NCBI GenBank assembly: GCA_041613315.1
Contig: JBFJHJ010000027.1
Coordinates: forward strand, 1 to 45,683
Origin: Gemmatimonadales bacterium
GTDB lineage: Bacteria > Gemmatimonadota > Gemmatimonadetes > Gemmatimonadales > GWC2-71-9
Reading direction: 5' to 3'
Length of the DNA: 45,683 bases
Shown here: one piece after another, positions 27,071-35,247 of the stretch
Layout of the letters: every line of letters begins with the position of its first letter
How positions within the stretch are numbered: position 1 is the first letter of the stretch
The notes under the pieces: generated by a model
What the model saw: the letters and a program-made list of their open reading frames with translations, nothing else
Databases searched by the model: none
Told to the model about the DNA's origin: nothing
Program-made: the position numbers and the translations under genes

Positions 27071-30067
27071 ATGAAGGCCAGAATTGGTGTGCTGCTCGCG
27101 CTGTTCGTGTGCTTCGGCATGGGGATGGCGAACGGGCAAACGCGCATCGTCACTGGTTCGGTGACGGATGCCTTGACCGGCGAGCCCGTGGTCGGTGCGG
27201 AAGTGTCGGTGGCCGGCCAGGCGATCCGCGCGATCGTGCAGGATAACGGCGCCTTTTCGATCGGGGTGCCGGCCGGGCCGGTGACGGTTCGCATCCGGCG
27301 CATCGGCTATCGGGCATTCGAGGCGGTCGTTCCAGCGAACCAGAACACGCTGAACGTCACGCTCGCGGCCGATGTGCTCCAGCTCGACGAGGTCGTCGTG
27401 ACGGGCACGGCCACCCAGATCGCCCGGCAGAACCTCGCCAACGCCGTGGCGACGGTGAGTGGTGAGGCGGTGACCCAGGTGAGCTCCGAGAGCGTCGAAC
27501 ACGCGCTCCAGGGCAAGGTGGTCGGGGCGGACATTCAGGTGAACTCGTACGCGCCGGGCGGCGGCGCGCAGGTGCGGTTACGTGGTGTGACCTCCATCAA
27601 TGCGACGGCCTCGCCGCTCTACGTCATTGACGGGGTGATCGTGAGCGACGCGGCGATCCCCTCGAACCAAAACGCCGTCACGGCGTCAACCGGCGGCAAC
27701 AACCCGGCCCTGACACAAGACGGTCAGGTGAACCGGATCGCGGACCTCAACCCCAACGACATCGAGAGTGTCGAGGTGCTGAAGGGAGCGTCGGCGTCGG
27801 CGATCTACGGGTCCAAAGCGTCGAACGGCGTGATCATCATCACCACGAAGCGGGGGCGGGCGGGACGGCCACAGGTCAACGTCAGCCAGCGCTTCGGGAT
27901 CTTCGACCTCGCCAACAAGCTCGGCTCTCGGACGTTCGAGGACGCGGCCGAGCTCGACGCACAGTTCGGCGCCGGCACGGCCGCGGCGGTGGGCTTCACA
28001 CCCGGCGTCGCGTTTGACCTCGAGCAGGAGCTCGCTGGCCGGAACGATCTCTCGACGGAGACGGCCTTCAGCGTCACGGGTGGGGCGAACGACACTCGCT
28101 ACTTCCTGTCGGGGCTGTGGAAGAACGACGCAGGCGTGATGGAGAACACCGGGTTCGCCAAGCACTCCATTCGCGCCAACGTGGACCAGGCGTTCGGCGA
28201 CCGGCTGAACGCCAGTGTCAGCACGAACTTCACGCACACGGACGCGCGCCGCGGCCTCCAGAACAACGACAACGCGGGCGTCAGCCCCTACATGGTGTTC
28301 CCGTTCACGGCGAACGTGGTAGACCTCAAACGCCGGGCGGACGGGACGTTCCCGGACAATCCGTTCGAGCGCAGCAACCCGCTGCAGACGCTCGGGCTGA
28401 TGAAGAATGACGAAAACGTGTGGCGGTTCATCGGCTCGGGTCGGCTCGACCTGGCCGCGGTCCAGACCCAGCAGCAGCAGCTCAACCTGATCGGGGTGGC
28501 CGGGATCGACTTCTTCCAGCAGCAGAACGAGCTGTTCTTCCCACCCGAGCTCCAGTTCGAGGACGACGACGGGTTTCCTGGAACGTCGTTGCTCACGAAC
28601 AGCGACAACGTGAATATCACGCTCAATGGAAGCGCGGTGTACACCTATTCTCCCGGGGGCGGCGGAACGCGGTTCACGACGTCCACCGGGGTGCAGTACG
28701 AAACCCGGGACCTGAACATCGCCCGGGTCACGAGCCGGGGGCTCACGGCCGGGCAACCGAACATCGACGCGGGCACGAACGTGACCGTGAACGAGATCCG
28801 GCAGCGGGTGGAGGACTTCGGGTTCTACGTGCAGGAAGAAGTGCTGATGCTCAACGATCGGCTGCTGCTGACCGCGGGATTCCGCGCCGACCAGTCGAGT
28901 GCCAATGCGGACGACACTAAGCTCTACTTCTTCCCCAAGCTCGCGGGGTCGTACCGTTTCCCCGACCTCGGCGGTGTCGTCAACGACCTCAAGATCCGGG
29001 TCGCGTACGGCGAGTCCGGGAACCAGCCCCTGTTCGGGCAGAAGTTCACACCGCTTGACGCCACCAACAACATCGAGGGGATCGCCGGGATCACGATCCC
29101 CGGGAACGTACTGGCGGCCAACGTCGGCTCCAAGGAGTTGAAGCCGGAGCGGCAGCGGGAGATCGAGGGTGGCGTGGACGCGACGCTCTTCAACGACCGC
29201 GCGACGCTCGAGTTCACCGTCTATCAGAAGACCATCACCGACCTCTTGCTGACGCGCGCGCTGGCGCCGTCGTCGGGGTTCAGTCAGGAGATCTTCAACG
29301 GCGGCAAGCTCCGGACGCGTGGGGTCGAGCTAGGGGTAGGTCTGATCCCCGTGCAGTCGCCCGGGTTCAGCTGGGTGTTCCGCTCCAACTTCTTCCTCAA
29401 CCGGAGCAACGTCACCGAGTTGCCCGTGCCGTCGTTCCTGCCGGCCTCGTCGGGCTTCGGGGTCGGGCTCGGCACGATCCGTATCGAGCAGGGAAAGTCG
29501 GCGACCCAGTTCGTCGGGAACATCCGGATCGACCCGGTGTCGGGCGCCCCGGTGGACTCGACGATCGGCGACGTGAATCCCGACTTCAAAGTGGCGTTCA
29601 CGAACGACATCAATTGGAAGGCGCTCCGGCTGTACTTCCACTGGGACTGGCAGCAAGGCGGCACCATCGTGAATCTGACCCGGCTGCTCTACGATGCGGG
29701 CGGCCTGACCAAGGACTTCGATGTCCCGGCGCCGGGGGAGACCCAGGGCGCCGGCCTCAAGCGGTTGTTGGAGGGTCCTCTGGTGGGTGGGGACACGCGG
29801 ATCTACGCGGAGGACGCCACCTTCCTCAAGCTGCGGGAGATCACGCTCTCGTATGCGTTGCCGCAGTCTGCCGTTCGCGGCATTTGGGGCGGCATCCGGA
29901 ACGCGCGGTTGAGCGTGAGCGCGCGCAACCTGCTCACGTTCACCGACTACTCGGGGATGGACCCGGAAGTGAGCAACTTCGGCAACCAGCCCACGGGCCG
30001 TAACATCGACGTGGCGCCGTTCCCCCGGACCCGCAGCTTCTGGTTCGGCATCGATCTGGGATTCTAG
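27071..30067 (+). CDS. susC: SusC/RagA family TonB-linked outer membrane transporter
   Basis: Signal peptide; carboxypeptidase-regulatory-like domain; TonB box LDEVVVTG; plug with PLYVIDG; SusC signature DLNPNDIESVEVLKGASASAIYGSKASNGVIIITTKRG; C-terminal Phe; GGAGG RBS. The symbol is a family-level assignment. Confidence 0.95.
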   Translation: MKARIGVLLALFVCFGMGMANGQTRIVTGSVTDALTGEPVVGAEVSVAGQAIRAIVQDNGAFSIGVPAGPVTVRIRRIGYRAFEAVVPANQNTLNVTLAADVLQLDEVVVTGTATQIARQNLANAVATVSGEAVTQVSSESVEHALQGKVVGADIQVNSYAPGGGAQVRLRGVTSINATASPLYVIDGVIVSDAAIPSNQNAVTASTGGNNPALTQDGQVNRIADLNPNDIESVEVLKGASASAIYGSKASNGVIIITTKRGRAGRPQVNVSQRFGIFDLANKLGSRTFEDAAELDAQFGAGTAAAVGFTPGVAFDLEQELAGRNDLSTETAFSVTGGANDTRYFLSGLWKNDAGVMENTGFAKHSIRANVDQAFGDRLNASVSTNFTHTDARRGLQNNDNAGVSPYMVFPFTANVVDLKRRADGTFPDNPFERSNPLQTLGLMKNDENVWRFIGSGRLDLAAVQTQQQQLNLIGVAGIDFFQQQNELFFPPELQFEDDDGFPGTSLLTNSDNVNITLNGSAVYTYSPGGGGTRFTTSTGVQYETRDLNIARVTSRGLTAGQPNIDAGTNVTVNEIRQRVEDFGFYVQEEVLMLNDRLLLTAGFRADQSSANADDTKLYFFPKLAGSYRFPDLGGVVNDLKIRVAYGESGNQPLFGQKFTPLDATNNIEGIAGITIPGNVLAANVGSKELKPERQREIEGGVDATLFNDRATLEFTVYQKTITDLLLTRALAPSSGFSQEIFNGGKLRTRGVELGVGLIPVQSPGFSWVFRSNFFLNRSNVTELPVPSFLPASSGFGVGLGTIRIEQGKSATQFVGNIRIDPVSGAPVDSTIGDVNPDFKVAFTNDINWKALRLYFHWDWQQGGTIVNLTRLLYDAGGLTKDFDVPAPGETQGAGLKRLLEGPLVGGDTRIYAEDATFLKLREITLSYALPQSAVRGIWGGIRNARLSVSARNLLTFTDYSGMDPEVSNFGNQPTGRNIDVAPFPRTRSFWFGIDLGF

Positions 30068-30096
30068 CCATGCGCACACCACTGAGGACACCGACC

Positions 30097-31518
30097 ATGC
30101 TACGCTCCACGAAACTGTCCCTCGCGGCCCCGCTGGTTGTGGCGCTCGCGCTGGGTGGCTGTGAATCGTTGACGGTGCCGGACTTCAACAACCCGGGCAT
30201 CGAGACCCTGACCGAGAACCCGACGCGCTCGGTGGTCATCGCCGCGGCGCACGGGCTGCTGCTGGATGCCCGGTCGGGGATCTCCGGGCGCGCCGGCTAC
30301 GTCTCCGCGCTCGGCATCCTCGGGCGGGAGTCGTACAACTTCGATGCGTCGGACCCGCGGTTCGTGACCGAGATGCTGATTGGGCCACTGGATGGCGGCA
30401 CGCCGGCCTTCGGCGGCGCGCAGTGGATTCCGCGGTATACCGGCTACCGCGACGCCCAGAACGTCCTGAACGGTCTCGATGCCCTCTCGGAGGGCGAGAT
30501 GTCCACCGCCGAGAAGGCGGGGATTCGAGGCTTCGCCAGGACGATGCAGGCGCTCGACCTGCTCCTCGTGATCAATACGCGAGACGACAACGGCGCGGTG
30601 ATCGCGGTGACGGATGACCCGACCGGCGAGCCCGCACCCATCGTGACCAAGGCGGAAGTCTTCACCAAGATCGCGCAGCTCCTCGACGATGCCTCGTCGG
30701 ATCTTCAGAGCGCCGGAAGCGCCTTCGCGTCGGACATCCGCTTCCCGAGCGGCTTCACCGGCTTCAAGACGCCCGCAACGTTCCGCCAGTTCAACCGCGC
30801 GCTGCGGTCACGGGTCGCGGTGTACATGGGCGCCACCGACCCGGCGCAATACACCGCGGCGCTCAACACCTTCCTCCCGGCGTCGTTCATCAGCACGACG
30901 GCATCGCTGAGCACCGGTGTGTATTACAATTTCGGGACCGGGGCCGGCGAGACCGGGAATGGGCTGTTCGAACCGTCCAACCTCGTCCTCTTGGCCCACC
31001 CGTCCATCCGCGCTGACGCACAGCTCCAGGCGGGCGGGGCGCGCGACCAGCGCTACCTCAACAAGGTCAAGACGGTCGCCTCGGTGGGCGATCAGGCGAG
31101 CCAGGGCATTGCGAGCGACTTGGCGTACACGATCTACGGCAGTACCAACGCGCCGATCTCGATCATCAAGAACGAGGAACTGATCCTCCTGCGGGCCGAG
31201 GCGAATCTGGGAGCCGGGAACGTGGATGCCGCGCTCACCGACATCAACTTCATCCGGCAGAACGCGGGTGGGTTGACAGCCATCCCCCTGCTCACGTGGC
31301 AAGGATGGAGCGCCGCTCAGCGCCTCGACGAGCTGCTGTACAACAAGCGCTACTCGCTGGCGTACGAGGGCGGCCACCGTTGGATCGATATGCGGCGCTA
31401 TGGCCGGCTGAGCCAGCTTCCGCTCGACAAGCCGAACTTCACGGTGCAGGCCAAGTACCCCTTCCCGGCTCGGGAATGTGATGCCCGCACGCAGAAGCCC
31501 GCGCAAGGGTGTGGATGA
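30097..31518 (+). CDS. susD: RagB/SusD family nutrient-binding outer membrane lipoprotein
   Basis: Lipobox LGGC; EELILLRAEA; INFIR; EGGHRWIDMRRYG; directly downstream of SusC. Start is 30097 (GAGG RBS) or 30070. The symbol is a family-level assignment. Confidence 0.93.
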   Translation: MLRSTKLSLAAPLVVALALGGCESLTVPDFNNPGIETLTENPTRSVVIAAAHGLLLDARSGISGRAGYVSALGILGRESYNFDASDPRFVTEMLIGPLDGGTPAFGGAQWIPRYTGYRDAQNVLNGLDALSEGEMSTAEKAGIRGFARTMQALDLLLVINTRDDNGAVIAVTDDPTGEPAPIVTKAEVFTKIAQLLDDASSDLQSAGSAFASDIRFPSGFTGFKTPATFRQFNRALRSRVAVYMGATDPAQYTAALNTFLPASFISTTASLSTGVYYNFGTGAGETGNGLFEPSNLVLLAHPSIRADAQLQAGGARDQRYLNKVKTVASVGDQASQGIASDLAYTIYGSTNAPISIIKNEELILLRAEANLGAGNVDAALTDINFIRQNAGGLTAIPLLTWQGWSAAQRLDELLYNKRYSLAYEGGHRWIDMRRYGRLSQLPLDKPNFTVQAKYPFPARECDARTQKPAQGCG

Positions 31519-31559
31519 CCGCGCGCGACCGACCGTGTGCGGCATGACGTGCTCTGACC

Positions 31560-31592
31560 CGCCCCCGTCGCGCGACACCCGCGGCGGGGGCG
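31560..31592 (+). terminator. GC-rich stem-loop after susD
   Basis: CGCCCCCGTCGCG / CGCGGCGGGGGCG 13-bp stem (one G:U pair) with a 7-nt loop. There is no U-tract, so it may be an mRNA-stabilising or processing hairpin. Confidence 0.5.
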
Positions 31593-31627
31593 CGGTCGTC
31601 TGGGGCAGCGGTGTCAGGAGGTGACCG

Positions 31628-32365
31628 ATGCGAGCGACCTGGTGCGTCTTCATCGCCGCGCTCATGGGCGCTTCGCCCGCGGACGCGCAAGTTCGCACGC
31701 TCGCGGGCCGCGTGAGCGACGCGGTGACCGGTGAGCCGCTCGGCGCCGGCGAGGTCCTGGTCAAGGAGACCGGGACGCGCGATCGGTTGCGGCCGGACGG
31801 GGTGTTCGTGGTGCGCGCGCCGCGCGAGGCGGTGACGCTCGTGGTGCGGAGCGTCGGCTACCGGTCGCGGAGCGTGCCGGTGGCCGTGCATGAGGACGTG
31901 ATGTTCGTGCAACTGGTCCCAGACCCCCTAAAGCTCGACGCCGCGAACGTGGAGCATCGCTCCGCTCCCGGGGTGTCCGGCGACGCGGTCAGCGCGGTCC
32001 CGGCCTCCAGCGTCAAGGAAGTCCTTCAGGGTCGGGTGGCGGGCGCCGACGTCCAGCGGAACTCCGGCGCGCCGGGCGGCGACCTGCAGGTGCGTCTTCG
32101 GGGGATCAGCTCGATCCTCGGCTCGACGACGCCGCTCTACGTCGTGGACGGCGTGGTGGTCAGCGATGCGAGCGTGGGCTCCGGGGTGTCCGCCGTGACG
32201 GGCGGCGCCGATCCCCTCCCCGGTCGGCTGGCCGACCTCAACCTTCTCGACATCGCACAGATCGACGTGCTCAAGGGGGTGGCGGCCACGACCACGTATG
32301 GGCCCAGAGCCGCCAACGGCGTGATCGTGATTACGACGAAGCGCGGGCGCGGGTCGCGGCCTTAA
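31628..32365 (+). CDS. Stand-alone SusC-type N-terminal + plug-domain protein with no beta-barrel
   Basis: AGGAGG RBS; signal peptide; N-terminal domain and plug collinear with the upstream SusC; ends at YGPRAANGVIVITTKRGRGSRP*. Confidence 0.85.
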   Translation: MRATWCVFIAALMGASPADAQVRTLAGRVSDAVTGEPLGAGEVLVKETGTRDRLRPDGVFVVRAPREAVTLVVRSVGYRSRSVPVAVHEDVMFVQLVPDPLKLDAANVEHRSAPGVSGDAVSAVPASSVKEVLQGRVAGADVQRNSGAPGGDLQVRLRGISSILGSTTPLYVVDGVVVSDASVGSGVSAVTGGADPLPGRLADLNLLDIAQIDVLKGVAATTTYGPRAANGVIVITTKRGRGSRP

Positions 32366-33300
32366 GACCGCACCCACACGAAATAGCTCGACTGGCTGAG
32401 CGCGTTCTCGATCACCCATTGGATCACGAGGCCCGGCTCCACCTGCAACCGTTCAGTGGTGACGCGTCCCGCCCCGCCGATCAAGTCCGCGAGGAGCTGG
32501 ATCGTGGCACCCGGACCGAGCAGGGCCTCGGGCACCTCGAACGTCTCGGTGTTCATCGTGGTCACGGTCCCCAGCCGAAAGCGGTTGCCGCCCCGGAGGA
32601 TGTAGATCCGGACGTCGCTCCAGTTGTGATTGGAGACCTCGACGGTGGTCCCGACCCACTGGGCGTCCACCGTGACGAGCCCCACGCTCTGCAGGCCCAT
32701 GAGTATCAGCAGCGCCGGCAAATCTGTAACGGCGGCAGCAGCGATCCCGAGCGCCACCGCCGGCTCCGCGTCGAGGGTGAGCAGGCTGTCCGGCCCCACG
32801 ACGCCTGGAATGGCGGGGCCCGGCGCCACCATCGCCGACCCCACGCGGGCCTCGGCCCCTTGTCGCCGGGCGAGTCGGCCGTAGGTCTGGCCAAGGGTGT
32901 CCATCGCGGGCACGGACAGCTCCAGCGTCCGATCGGCCGGAGGGCGTCCGGCGCCGATCGACGCGCCCGGTGCGACGAAGATCGAGTCGGCGGCCAGCGC
33001 GACGAGCGCGGCCGCTCCCCACGCCTGGGTCCCGACGAGCGCATAGACCGGGACGCCCGACGCTTCGACCGCGTCGGCGATGAGCCGTGCCATGTCAAAG
33101 CTGCCGCCGCCCGAGCTGAGCTCGAGGATTACCGCCGAAGCCCCCCCCGCGTCGGCGGCGTCCAGGGTGCGCGTGACCAGCCGCTGCGCCTGGAGGCCGA
33201 CGGCGCCGGTCAAGGCGACGCGGTACACGAGAACGTCCTGGGCGGGCGCCGCGCGGGGGGCGAGCACCGCCAGGGCGACGAGCAGCGGAATCGACCGCAT
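32362..33300 (-). CDS. Secreted NfeD N-terminal (ClpP/crotonase-fold)-like protein fused to a C-terminal beta domain; catalytic residues absent
   Basis: Signal peptide ending APA|Q; NfeD-like VILELSSGGG, VPVYALV, ALVALAADSIFVAPGASIGA, AMV and LLTLDAEPA; no TM or OB domain; C-terminal VEVSNHNWSDVRIY..RFRLGTV domain. Confidence 0.72.
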   Translation of the reverse strand: MRSIPLLVALAVLAPRAAPAQDVLVYRVALTGAVGLQAQRLVTRTLDAADAGGASAVILELSSGGGSFDMARLIADAVEASGVPVYALVGTQAWGAAALVALAADSIFVAPGASIGAGRPPADRTLELSVPAMDTLGQTYGRLARRQGAEARVGSAMVAPGPAIPGVVGPDSLLTLDAEPAVALGIAAAAVTDLPALLILMGLQSVGLVTVDAQWVGTTVEVSNHNWSDVRIYILRGGNRFRLGTVTTMNTETFEVPEALLGPGATIQLLADLIGGAGRVTTERLQVEPGLVIQWVIENALSQSSYFVWVRS

Positions 33301-33332
33301 CCGGCACCTTCTTCGGAACGGGGCCGTGTTCT

Positions 33333-35138
33333 CTACCCGCCAGCGCGTGGCCGGTTTCGTACACCGCCCTTCGGGGACAGTACACGCGCGAGCCGGGCGA
33401 GGAACGCGCGCCAGGGGCGGGTCGCCTGCCGCAGGGCGCCCGCGTACGCCGTCGCCGTGGGGAAACGGTCGTCGGGGCTCCGCGCCGCTCCCCGCTGCAA
33501 CACGCGCCACAGCCGCTCCGACACGTCGCGGCGCACCTCCGCGACGTTCGGGAGCTCCCCCGCGGTGTGCTGGGCCAATATCGCCTCCACCGTCCGGCCG
33601 GTAAACGGGGCCCGGCCGGTGAGCGCGTAGTACGCCGTGAGTGTGAGCGAGTACAGGTCGCTGCGGCGGTCCACCGGCTCGCCCAACAGCTGCTCGGGGG
33701 CCGCGAACTCGGGCGTCCCCGAACGCGAGGAGGCACCGCCGTGGCGGTCCACGCCCTTCAGCGCCAGCGCCAACCCGAAGTCGGCGATCCGCACCCGGCC
33801 GGTCGCATGTTCGATCAACAGATTCTCGGGCTTGAGGTCACGGTGCACCAGGCCACGCTCGTGGGCATGGCCGAGGGCGTCCAACGCCTCGCCGAGCACG
33901 TGGACCACCCGATCGACGGGCAGCCGTCCCTCCGTCTCGACGACTCTCGAGAGGCTGCGGCCACGCACGTACTCCATGGTGTACCAGATGAGCCCGGCCC
34001 GCCCGCCGATGTCGTAGATGTTGACGATGTTGGGGTGCTCCAGCTGGGCGACGAGCCGGGCCTCCCGACGGAACCGCTCCACCACGGCGGGATCCGCCGT
34101 GAGATACGGATGCAGCACCTTGAGCGCGACCTCGCGCTCGAGGGCGAGGTCGCGCACGCGATACACCCGTCCGAACCCGCCCGTGCCCAACTCGTCGAGC
34201 AACTCGTAGTCGTCTCCCAGCGCGCGTCGCAAGCGCTTCTCCCACGCGCGCGGGTCCTCCGTGGTGGTCGGGAGGTCGGCGGTCACCGAGAGCCGCGGAT
34301 CGTATTCGCCCAAGTCCGATAACAGATCGGCCCCCATCTCGGCGGCGGTGAGGTAGCGGCTGTGCGGCTCGGGTCGGAGCGCCCGCATCACCACCCGCTG
34401 GAGAGCCTGCGGGCACGCCGGCCGGAGCGTGCGGGGGTCCACCACTTGCCGGGGGTCCTCGGCGGGCGGCTGACCCGTCGCCGCGAAGTAGAGCACGGCC
34501 GCCACCCCGTACACATCGCTCGACGGATCGCCGGGGCTGCCGTCGCGAAGCTCCGGGGCGAGGTACGGTACGCCGGCCGGATCCACGAGCGCGCGTGTGG
34601 CGACGTCGAGCAACACGCTCGCGTAGCGCAGGTCGGTCAGGTAGGTCCGGCCGGCGAGCTCGAGCATCACCGTCCGCGGCACGACGCGGCGTACCACGAT
34701 CCGCTGCGCATGAGCATACTCGAGCACGCTGGTGAGATCGCGGGCCAATTTGAGTACGTCGGGGATGAGCCGCGGCCCCCGCGCGACGGCCTCGGTCAGA
34801 CTCTCGCCCTCGATCCAGCGGGTGACGCGGAACGCCCAGTCCTCCCGGTATCCCGCCCAGTACACCGACCGAATCACCGGGTGATCCAGCGCGGCCAGCA
34901 GCTCGGTCTCGCGCTCGAACCACGTTCGCCCCGGGGCCCCCGGCGCCATATGGACCCGCAGCGCGGCCTTGCGCTTCAGCACCACGTCACGGCAGACGAA
35001 GAGCGCGCGCTCGTCGGAGGCGGCCACGAGCTGGAGGATCTCCAGCTCGCTCCGGAAGTGCGCACCGGCCTGGTCCATGAGCTGGAGGTGATCGACGCCG
35101 GGAGCGATGCGCGTGTCGGCGGGTCTGGGGGCGATCAT
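33333..35138 (-). CDS. Tandem pseudokinase + active Hanks-type Ser/Thr protein kinase, soluble
   Basis: The C-terminal domain has GTGGFG, VALK, HRDLKPEN, DFG, GTPEFAAPE and SDLYSL. The N-terminal kinase fold keeps LDHPVI, EGESL, YLAPE and SDVYG but lacks the catalytic motifs. The start is ATG 35138 or 35078. Confidence 0.92.
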   Translation of the reverse strand: MIAPRPADTRIAPGVDHLQLMDQAGAHFRSELEILQLVAASDERALFVCRDVVLKRKAALRVHMAPGAPGRTWFERETELLAALDHPVIRSVYWAGYREDWAFRVTRWIEGESLTEAVARGPRLIPDVLKLARDLTSVLEYAHAQRIVVRRVVPRTVMLELAGRTYLTDLRYASVLLDVATRALVDPAGVPYLAPELRDGSPGDPSSDVYGVAAVLYFAATGQPPAEDPRQVVDPRTLRPACPQALQRVVMRALRPEPHSRYLTAAEMGADLLSDLGEYDPRLSVTADLPTTTEDPRAWEKRLRRALGDDYELLDELGTGGFGRVYRVRDLALEREVALKVLHPYLTADPAVVERFRREARLVAQLEHPNIVNIYDIGGRAGLIWYTMEYVRGRSLSRVVETEGRLPVDRVVHVLGEALDALGHAHERGLVHRDLKPENLLIEHATGRVRIADFGLALALKGVDRHGGASSRSGTPEFAAPEQLLGEPVDRRSDLYSLTLTAYYALTGRAPFTGRTVEAILAQHTAGELPNVAEVRRDVSERLWRVLQRGAARSPDDRFPTATAYAGALRQATRPWRAFLARLARVLSPKGGVRNRPRAGG

Positions 35139-35210
35139 CCACAATAATAACGTCGGGCCGACGGATGAGGGCGAGCGCCCCGGGCGTTCGGCCGGGATCT
35201 CGCGACACCG

Positions 35211-35239
35211 TTGTACGGGCCGGTGGGAGGGCATAGCTT
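35211..35239 (+). promoter_or_regulatory. sigma70-type promoter for the FHA-protease gene
   Basis: TTGTAC (35211-35216), a 17-nt spacer and TAGCTT (35234-35239); the ATG is 8 nt downstream. Confidence 0.6.
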
Positions 35240-35247
35240 CCCCCACC

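Noticed and set aside
27071..31518. Apparently lower GC in susC/susD as a sign of horizontal transfer
   Set aside because: Explained by Asn/Thr/Phe-rich outer membrane protein composition; third codon positions remain GC-rich and there are no mobility genes or flanking repeats.
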